From positions 124,001 through 188,000 of the forward strand of contig JALDZX010000022.1 in the NCBI GenBank assembly GCA_022813865.1: a DNA stretch of 64,000 nt. The letters are read 5' to 3'. Each line of letters begins with the position of its first letter. Position 1 is the stretch's first letter. A program made the translations under genes and the position numbers. The stretch comes from Xylographa opegraphella. Taxonomy: Eukaryota. Under the pieces are notes generated by a model. That model saw nothing but the letters and a program-made list of their open reading frames with translations, did not search any database and was not told the DNA's origin. Below, one piece after another: positions 54,839 to 64,000 of the stretch.

Positions 54839-57800
54839 ATGACGGCACTTCCATTTCGAGTAAAGGCAGTCTACGATTATAGCTCTCCTCATGACGATGA
54901 TCTCAGTTTTCCTAACACTCAAATCATTACTGTGACTGACGAGGAAGATACGGATTGGTACTACGGCGAATACTCTGATTTAGATGGCAACAAGCATCAA
55001 GGACTTTTCCCTAAAAACTTCGTTGAAAGGTACGAGCCAGCTACGCCGCCAAGACCTTCACGGCCGGCTCGCCCCAAGAAAGATACAGAACCTGCAGCAA
55101 CCACACATGAACCTATAGAACAGCTTCCAAGAGCAGATGGACCCCCTGTCACTGAGTCTGAGTCCAGTCCGCGATCAGCTCCTGTCATTAGAAATGAAGA
55201 TCAGCCCGACTCTGGCCATAGTGGAGACCCTCCTGCTGTAAGTAAATCCATAAAGCAGGATGCCGTGTCTAGTGCTACATCTGGGAAAGTGGCGGAGAAG
55301 CCAGCAGTGTTTAGTACATCGAAAGCAGGAGCACCACCGATCGTGGATAAGCCTTCTGGAAACTCTTTTCGGGACCGCATTGCTGCTTTTAACAAGTCTA
55401 CTGCTCCTCCAGTGGCCCCAATGAAGCCTGGTGGGCTCGGCCAGGCAGCTGGGGCATCTTTTGTCAAGAAATCATATGTTGCCCCGCCACCCAGTCGAAA
55501 TGCATACGTTCCAATCCCTCGTGAAATTCCTCCCCAGAAAGTCTATCATCGAGAGGAAGATCCTGAAGTCGCTGAACAAGTCTCCAGCAACTCCGAGGCT
55601 GCAAATATGATACTATCTTCTCCACAAATTGCTTCTTCTGACGACAATGGTGAAGAGCAACCAAAGCCGACCAGTTTGAAAGAAAGGATAGCTTTGCTGC
55701 AGAAGCAACAGTTAGAACAAGCTGCAAGACACGCAGAAACACCCAAAAAGGAGAAACCTAAAAGACCACCAAAAAAGCGAATGGACTCCCATCAAAGTCT
55801 GGGACTTTCTGGGACAAATGCGGATTTCGAGGATTCTGAACGAGTCCACGCCGAGGAACCGACGAGTAGCTATCCTGGCGAGGCAGGCAGCGAGGAAACA
55901 CGCCCACGTGCTCAGTCAGTTACACGCCATCGCTCAAAATCTAGGGGAGCGACACCTCTCACAAGTCCTACTAGAGAATATCAAATCGACCCGAACGATG
56001 CCGATCAGTCTGGTGCAGGAGAAACAGAAGATAGCGGAGAAGTCTCCAGGGAACGTGATGAGAGCGATGAGAAACCAAAATCGCGAAAATCAATGCCTCC
56101 CCAGCCTATATCTCAAAGACTTACCAGATCCGAAAGCGTCCCGGATCAAGAGCAACCGAACGAAGATGAAGATCGGGAGGAGGAGGACGACGATGAAGAG
56201 GAAGAGGAAATAGATCCGGAAGTGAAGCGAAAGATGGAGATACGGGAGCGTATGGCAAAGATGAGTGGCGGAATGGGTATGGCAGGGATGTTCGGCCCCC
56301 CAGGCGGTATGGCTATGATGGGTGCGAAGAAGCAAAAAACGAGTGGTAGTAGTGCAAGAGAAAAACCATCAGAGCAGAGCTATGACAGTATTGATTCGTC
56401 TGCTGCTCGACACCAACCTGTTATGGCTTTGCCGGGTATGCAGCGCGTTCTTAGTCCTGAAGAGAAAGAAAACCGATTGGAAGTATCGAAGGAGGAAGAG
56501 CCGCCAGTCACATTGGCTGACCAGGGTCGAGCGCCTGAGGAAGTAAATGATATTGAAGAGGTGGCTGAAGAGTTCGTGCATAAGTCGAGGCAGTCAGAAG
56601 ATAGAGGCGTACCACCGCCTATCCCACAAGGTATGTACATATCTTATCGTCATATTATGAGATGAGCTAAGTAGAAGTAGGACGTCCAGCACCAGGTCCT
56701 CCGTCAATCTCTAGAGGTTTGCCTCCACCACTACCTAATGAGCGAGCAGTGCCGCCACGACCACCACCCTCGGATGGTAAGAATACTTGTGGTGGCTCTT
56801 GATTTTGCTCTTAATCGCTTACACGTTACCTTAGCGCGACCTACACTACTACCACCCCCAAGCGCGCCGATGTCACCGAGCACAGACTTGGATTCGGATG
56901 ACGAAATGTCCTCACGTACTGAAAACCTGAGCCTGAACACAGATCTTGGTGGAGTTACACGTCCTATAAGTGAAGCGATCCCTCAAATTCCACAAAATGT
57001 CTCTGGTCCACCAATAAGACCCCAAGGTCCACGCCCGCCTGCTTCTCGACAAGATGGTCGAGATATCGATCGTAGTCCAAACATGGTCTCTCCGAACACT
57101 CCAAATACATCAAGCCCCAATCCAAATAGATCAAGTCGAGTACCCCCAACACCTGGTACTACGCCTGCCTTAGCATCACCACCACAGACAAGAGCTCCAC
57201 CGCCTCCGCCACCTGCTCAAGCGCCACTGATTAGGAGGCAGACTGAAGAGAATAGAAATTATCTTGCAGCACCTCCTATTCAAGCACAAGAAAGCGAGGA
57301 AGAAGTGGTAGAGTACGAGGAGGACTATGAAACGGACGGGGCGCCTAGTGGCCTCCACAAAGAGGCTCTTCGTACTTATGCTCGCGTTCCCAGCGTCGAT
57401 GAGCCTATTACTGGTGACGAGGATGCTTATCATCATGAAGGGCTACCGTCTTTGGGTCCAATCCCGGGTCCGCCGGCACGACCACTTGGTAGCGCGCCCA
57501 GAGCTATGCCTCCGCCACCCCCGGGCCAACCTCCGAAGCATTCCCGACAGTCTTCAGAAATGCCACGATCGGCCCCGCCTCCTCCGCCTCCTCCGCCTCC
57601 TCCACCCAAAGAACAGACTTATAGTGCGGAAGACAGCGAGGATGATGGTTACATCAACAGCATTTCGAAACAGAATTCCACAAGTACTTCTGGGGCTGCG
57701 CATCAAGATCCTACTGGAACTCGTCGATCCGAAGGTCACAATGATGATCTTTACGATTCTACTCCTCCTCAACAATATCCGAGTTCACCTTCCATACCCA

Positions 57801-58702
57801 CTCCAACCTCGTTTCTACAATCTCCAGCATCTGTTCCTCCTATGCCACGGAAATCACTTGATGTACTCCGGGGATCAAGTGCTAGAAGGTCGATGGACAA
57901 TACTCGGCCATCAATGGAGCAGGGATTCATGGCTGACGATGTAGACCTTGGAAGAGGTAGCCAATGGTGGTTGCAGCGGAAGATGCCTCCTCCCGTATTT
58001 CAAAATCGAATGGATATAAGCTTTGAAATGGAAGAAGCTAATGTCACACAACAAAGTGGTGGTCAATCTACGATCAAGCACGTGTATGTGCTCTTTATGG
58101 ATTATTCTCAAACGGTAATCACCGCTCGATACGATGCAAAAGATCCCTCGAAGGTGGAATTTCAGCAACGCCATGAGCCGCCTCCACTGGGCCTTCGGCA
58201 AGATCAGCTTGAGGGGGCTCACACTAAGTTCGGTGCCCGCATGGCGGAGATGGCTACCACAAAATTGAACCATACAGTCGGCGATGGCACTCCGTTTGCG
58301 CTTGTAATAGAGCTTATAAGCGCGTTCCCAGCCGCTTTACCTTCGGTCGGGACGCGCGCTTATGGCGCCCTTGTTTACACTAACCTTGCTAACGCATCAG
58401 TCTCCCAGCATGACGAGATACGTCCTGGCGATATCGTGTCGTTCCGGAATGCGAGACTTCAAGGGCATCGTGGGCCAATGAAGCAAAAGTATAACGTCGA
58501 GGTTGGTAAGCCAGACCATGTCGCAATAGTGGTTGACTGGGATGGCACGAAGAAGAAGGTCCGGGCCTGGGAGCAAGGTCGGGAGAGCAAGAAGGTGAAG
58601 ATCGAAAGTTTCAAGCTCGGCGATCTACGTAGTGGTGAAGTGAAGGTGTGGCGAGTCATGGCACGGGAATGGGTTGGCTGGGGAGGCGGAGGACATAGCT
58701 GA
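54839..58702 (+). CDS. bbc1: SH3-domain myosin-tail-interacting protein Bbc1/Mti1
   Basis: N-terminal SH3 (VKAVYDYSSPHDDDLSF...WYYG...GLFPKNFV); SFRDRIAAFN, TSLKERIALLQ and RERMAKMSGGMGM; Pro-rich middle; C-terminal domain ending DLRSGEVKVWRV. Introns 56631-56680 and 56777-56834. Confidence 0.9.
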
Positions 58703-59353
58703 ATGGAAGTCGACGATTCATTATATTTATGGGTATGCTTGTATCAATCATCGTGGAAGAGCACTGTGAAGCTTCTGTCTGCGTTATCAATACCTCATTT
58801 CATAATTGCTCGAACTACCGATTTGCAGTGATGGTTGCGCGGCCACCTCCTCGTTAACGAGTTCTCATGCACCGTGGCTATTATTTCCTAATGCAGCCGT
58901 TACCAATACGGTTCCCCAGCCGCCCTTGAGTCCGGAACCTTCTTCACAAAGATGGTTCATAGCCCCGTTTGATTCACCTCTCACGATTATCGACAGAGCT
59001 CACCGCGGCCACTACTTCTTCTCTCCTCCCGCTCTTCTTCTTCCTCACTCCTTCCTCATCACCTCCTCCCACTTTTCTCACTCTCAGCCCCTTCCTTTTC
59101 TTCGTCTGCGCTCTCCGATATCTCTCCCGGCGTGGGAGAATACACCCAAACGCGGCCAAAGCAAACCGCAAAGAGCTCTCGTCCCTCTGGGGATTACTCT
59201 TCCCTGGTGGAGGTGTGTCACTCACACACCTCCACCATCAACATATTGTGAAGAGGTGTTCTTCGGCGTGCACGGTAAGACTGCTGCGTAACAAATTCGC
59301 TGCCTCCGACGATTAATCCTTGACAAGATCGTGCAGCCATCACCATGACAAAT

Positions 59354-59795
59354 CTGGCGACTGCCAGTCTTCACCTCTTCTGGGGCACTGGGGAAGCTCA
59401 TCGGCTTCCTTCCCAAATCTCTTCCCCAGTGCCCCACCCCAAACAATCTGGGGTTCGCAAAACAACACCTCTTCTGGGGCACTGGGGAAGGTGATCATCC
59501 TTCCCCAAGATCACCTCCCCAATGCCTTATCATAAACAAACCTGGCGACTGCCATTGTTTATCTCCTCTGGGGCACTGGGGAAGTTGATCGGCATCCTAC
59601 CCATATCCCTTTCCAGTACTCCTCCGTGCTCGCCCCCGACATCTGGGGTGGCCAAACAACACCTCTTCTGGAGCACTGGGGAAGGTGATCGTCCTTCCCC
59701 AGGATCACTTCCCCTTTCTCCCACGACCAACGACTGGCGACTGCCAGTCTTCACCTCCTCCTGCGGTATCCTCGTTTCCATACCGCAGGAGGAGG
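59354..59795. repeat. Degenerate tandem repeat, ~190-bp unit (2 copies plus a partial third), with internal CTCTTCTGGGGCACTGGGGAAG sub-repeats and hairpins
   Basis: CTGGCGACTGCCA starts at 59354, ~59541 and 59734; downstream blocks align by eye. Confidence 0.85.
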
Positions 59796-59830
59796 ACGAA
59801 TCCCCATCGGTGTTGTGTTGGCGCAAAGGC

Positions 59831-61760
59831 GTAAGTGCATCACTATACCCTGTGCCAGTGCGAGTTTGGCCGCGAAAAAAGAGAGCTGACCAAGCGATAG
59901 GCCGAACAACAAACAAACTCGCTTTCCCGGCTACACAGCCGGCGAACTCACCTCCTCCAGCGGAATCCTCGTTTCCATACCGTTCCCTCAGGAGAAGGGT
60001 TCTCCGCCCTCCTGAGGGGCTTTAACGAGCAATTTCTGGGGTACTGGGGACATGCCTCCGCCCATACCGAGATCTCTTCCCCAGTACCCCAGAAATAGGT
60101 GATCGGTGCCAGCAATGCTGACACCTTCAACGGCCATATGTATACATATGAAGAACCGGGCCTCCAGTGATCGTAGTAAGTACATAAGTATAGAACTCCT
60201 GCAGCGCGCTTGCACGGAGGTGTGAGTGCAAAGCCATACCTTGTAGATGTCGTGTCTGGAGAATGAGCATAGCTGACCGTGGGTAGACATCGGAGCACTC
60301 CTCCTCCTCCTCCTCCTCCTCCTCCTCCTCCTCCTGCGGAGCGTTCCTTGCTTCCTCGGGGGGGTTGGGGCAATCCCCCCTTTATGGGGAGTCTGGGTCA
60401 TTCTTGGGACCCCGGGGAAACTCCGGGCCCTGGTTAGTAGGTGTCCGACCATACACAGTGTGAGTTTGCAAAGAGCTGAGTAGTCCATAGACCACACAAC
60501 GAATAAGGCTCTACACTCGTCCGAGCTATTTTTCTCGTCCGCAGGAGGAGGGAATCTTTCCCCTCTGTGAAAAGCAGTGACAGTGAGTACCCACCTAGAC
60601 ACGGTAGCAGTCTGGAGTATAAAAAGAGCTGACCACAGTATATGTAGACTTTCCCACAAAATACTTTCTTCTTCTTCCTCTTCTTCTTCTTCTTCTTTCT
60701 CTTCCTCTTCCTCGTCCTCGTCCTCGCCCTCTCTTCTTCTTTCTCCATCTTTTACTCTTTCCCTTCTCCTCCTGCGGAGCTCTTTTTTCACTCCGCAGAA
60801 GGAGAAAAATCTTCCCTGAAATACTGGGAGGATTTTCTCGGGCATTCGTCAGTAAATACTCGCCAGACGCAACGCGAGTCTGACAAAGAGCTGACCAATC
60901 CATAAGCTTCATGACAAATGAAATTTTCTCCTCCTCCTGCGGAACTCTTTTTTCCCTCCTCAGGAGGAGCAAATAGATTTTTCCTCAACGGAGAAATCCT
61001 CCCTGGGTCACTGGGAGGATTCTCCAGGCCCTCATGCGTAAGTGTTCGCTTACATGCAATGCAAAGTGGAAACGGCTGACTGGTTCATAGGTTTCACAAC
61101 CAATAAACTCTGCTCCTTCTCCTGTGGAACTCTTTTCCTCTCCGCAGGAGGAGGAAACAGATTTTTCTTCAAGGGAGAAATCCTTCCCGGGTCACAGGGA
61201 GGACTCTCCAGGCCCTCGTTAATAAGTATCTTCTCACACGCACTGCGAGTCTGGAAAGGGCTGACTGGTGCTTAGGCTTTACAACTAACAAACTCTGCTC
61301 CTCCTCCTGCGGAACTCTTTTCCCCTCCGCAGGAAGGGGGGAGTTGTGTTACTGGTTTGACCAGACGTAAGCGCCTACCCTGCGAATCCAGGAGACAGAA
61401 AGAGCTGACTTGGTGATAGACAACAAAAGCTTCCATTTCCTCTCCCTGGGGGACTCCCAATCCCTTCCAGGGAGAGGGGGTGGAACTGTTGGATCGCGTG
61501 AATGACAGACGTAAGGGCCTACCACATCCATTTTGGAACTCGGGAATCTAGAAGATAGAACTGACTGGGTGATAGACAATAAAAGCTTCCAATCCTTCTC
61601 TCTCTGCGGGGCATACGATCCCCTCCGTAGGGAAAGGGAATACTTTGGTCCGTGGGACGGTGTACTTGGGAGAGTTATCGGGATAACAGGGAATATCAAC
61701 GGACTTGGTTCCTGCCCCCTGCGGAAGACAAGACTTTGCCCGCAGGGGGCGGGGGATATC
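59831..61760 (+). repeat. Degenerate tandem array of intron-like unit + hairpin-containing exon-like unit (~150-270 bp period)
   Basis: Repeated GTRAGT...GAGCTGAC...TAG blocks, most followed by CTCCTCCTGCGGA...TCCGCAGGAGGAG-type inverted repeats. Confidence 0.8.
60298..60335. repeat. (CCT)n microsatellite, about 12 units
   Basis: Seen directly; it extends the CTCCTCCTGCGGA arm of the array unit. Confidence 0.95.
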
Positions 61761-62204
61761 GAGAGCAAATTGAAGCCTTTCAAGGTAATTTCGAAGATCT
61801 GGGTAGTCTGTGGGAATCTTTGGGGCCAGGGGAGATGGTTGGATCGATATCTGCGCCGGCAGAAGCAGAGATAGAACGGGATCCATCTCTTTTGCAGGGG
61901 CAGAATTCAGGCAATGATGGAACTACACCATCACAGAGGAGCCACCTCTCATGGATCACTTAGTCGTATATGCCATAACAGGAACCCCGGAGCATGGAGC
62001 GGTTCTCAGCGCACTAAATGGCACGGCGTTCTTGTTGTGAAGTAGATATTTCTCACCTAGGTTCTTCTTCTCTTCTTCTACTCCTCTTCCTCAGCAACCA
62101 TTCGTATGTTCCATATCTTGCAGAAAACCAGACAATCAGACATGCAATCACTGGCTTTGGTATATCATAGCTGGTGACCAAACATCATACAATCATTGGC
62201 TCTC

Positions 62205-63320
62205 GTACTTTCAATCACCCCCTTTGACCAGTCTTGACTGATCGTAACGAACCTGAGATCTTACATTCAAAATAACACAAAGATTTGAGCTCATGCACAT
62301 TACCTATCAAGTACCGACAGCTTTGCATACTTAGAGAAGTGTTCATACTGACAGGCATCACCTTCCGTACTGTATCAGCTCGTTCAACCAGTGGTGACGA
62401 ACCTGAGATCCTGCATCCAAACCAACACCAAGTACTCAGGTCTCGCTCATCATCTTGCAAGTGCGGACAGCATTGCATACCTAGGGACCGTTCATAACTA
62501 CAGGCATCAGCTTTCGTACTTGCAGAACCTCCTTCGACCAGTCGTGACACACCTGAGATCGTGTGATCAAATATACACATTCAGTAACTGGTTTCTGTGC
62601 AACATCCTGATATTGACTGTATTGCATACTTTGTGTGGCTGTCGATCACCTACCAGCATCAGCTCTTGCACTCCCAGTCACACCTTTCGACCAGGCATAA
62701 CGCATCGAAGATCGTGCATTCAACCAGAAGTATTCAGCATTTAGCTTTCGTACATCATCCTCAGGGACCGACAGCATTGCATACTTCTTTCAACAGTCGA
62801 TCATACCTACCTACGTTAGCTCTCATACACTTACGTCTTTCAACAGTCGATCATACCTACCTACATTAGCTCTCATACACTCAGCTGCCCCTTTCGATCA
62901 GTCATAACATATCTGTCATCCTGCATCAACCAGATACAGAACCTGCTTCCACACGTTATCTTCCTGTACTAGCTTTATTGCTGGTCACGTCTACCAGTCG
63001 AACATACCTTCGAACATTGACTCTTGTGCTTTCAGTCACGTCCTTCGACACTGCATCACACATACAGCATTCAGCATTGGAAGAACATCTTCAGGTACCA
63101 AGCGTATTGCGTATCACGTCTAGCAATCAACCATACCTACAATTATTAGCTTCTGTGCTTTCAACCACTTCCTTTTGAGAAGTAACACACCTTGAATCCT
63201 GCGTTCAACCACATTTACAGCATTCAGCTGTTGGACATTATCTTCCGGTACCAACTGTATTGCACACAGTATTAGGAATCAACCATACCTACAAGCATTA
63301 GCTATCGTGCTTCAACTCAC
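62205..63320. repeat. Degenerate tandem repeat, ~150-bp period, about 7 copies, containing a near-perfect 50-bp-period duplication (62786-62881)
   Basis: ACCTGAGATC at 62251, 62401 and 62551; TTGCATAC at 62323, 62473, 62622 and 62777; CTAC...ATYAGC blocks recur to ~63300. Confidence 0.85.
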
Positions 63321-63537
63321 CTCCAGCATCCATCTGCACCATACATTACGACTTGCAGACCAGCATACACTTCATTGTTAGCACCCTAGCTTGTCTTCTG
63401 GAACAACTCGTACTTACCTCAAGTTCTTGAACTATCTGCTCACTCAGGCTCTCGTATTTCAACAAGAAAATTAATTCGTCAGTGATACCTTTTTATACAT
63501 AAATATATATGAAGCCAAACTAACACGTCTTCGTAAG

Positions 63538-64000
63538 ACAACACCGTTCACTTTACCACAATGGCACGCCACAAGTACAACGGGGTGCGCGACTCGGTCT
63601 TGGGAATCAAGATCAAGACCGGGTTGCAGCCCCGCCCAGCGGCGGACGCCTCGGATGCAGAGTGGGGGTACTATGAATTGGAGGTGAGTATCAAAGACAA
63701 CCAAAGCATTGGCACAGTTGCTGATTATTCAAAGCGGAAGCGCCATGAGGCAAGATTGGTAAGTTCTTATTGGATAGAATTCAATCCGATATGGACAGAT
63801 ATCAGAGATCACGTGTGTGCTAACTTAACAACAGGCGCGGGAGGAGAAGGAGGAGAAGGAATGGGAGAGGAAGCGGCTGGCGAACGAGAAGGCCTCAGCG
63901 GCCAAGACGGACGACAAGGAGAAGAGGAAGCGGCGTCGCCCCTGGTATGCTTGAAAATTCAACATTTGGGAATAAGATCGCTAACATGTTCGCAGCTTCG
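63538..64000 (+). CDS. Partial spliced gene encoding a charged, coiled-coil-like protein; runs off the window, start unresolved
   Basis: Canonical introns ~63683-63734, ~63759-63835 and ~63945-63995. One frame reads DAEWGYYELE|RKRHEARL|AREEKEEKEWERKRLANEK; a second frame from ATG 63561 is also open. Confidence 0.4.

Noticed and set aside
59948..60988. Minus-strand ORFs with poly-R, poly-E and poly-G tracts (e.g. 59988-60845)
   Set aside because: Products of (CCT)n/(TCT)n microsatellites, antisense to the splice signals, with no recognisable domain.
59354..63320. Repeat arrays as a CRISPR array
   Set aside because: Eukaryotic context, long degenerate units, no identical short repeats with unique spacers, and no cas genes.
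58800..64000. Intact transposon or Starship-type element
   Set aside because: No transposase, reverse transcriptase, integrase, helicase or tyrosine recombinase motifs, and no terminal repeats seen. A non-autonomous remnant cannot be excluded.

Overview
Eukaryotic DNA from a filamentous ascomycete (short GT-AG introns with CTRAY branch sites, Zn2Cys6 factors). Positions 1-58.7 kb are gene-dense, with about 23 mostly spliced genes: PGI, amino-acid permease, DHA2 MFS pump, beta-carbonic anhydrase, arylsulfotransferase, Cdc73, Mob3, CobW/Zng1, a C2H2 factor, M3 peptidase, two Zn2Cys6 genes, a TupA-like protein, Mrp51, a frameshifted NUDIX gene, Rps17, Rtr1, Bbc1 and several hypotheticals. The last 5 kb is different. 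A + strand array (59.3-61.8 kb) has about nine intron-like units alternating with GC-rich hairpins whose arms covary, and no conserved reading frame. It faces a 150-bp-period degenerate repeat (62.2-63.3 kb) that reads as intron/micro-exon units on the - strand. Other points of interest: a candidate CUG-initiated mitochondrial presequence on the M3 peptidase, a head-to-head full-length/truncated Zn2Cys6 paralog pair, and two GC-AG introns. I recognised no tRNA, rRNA, CRISPR array or intact transposase. All assignments come from reading motifs by eye; no searches were run.
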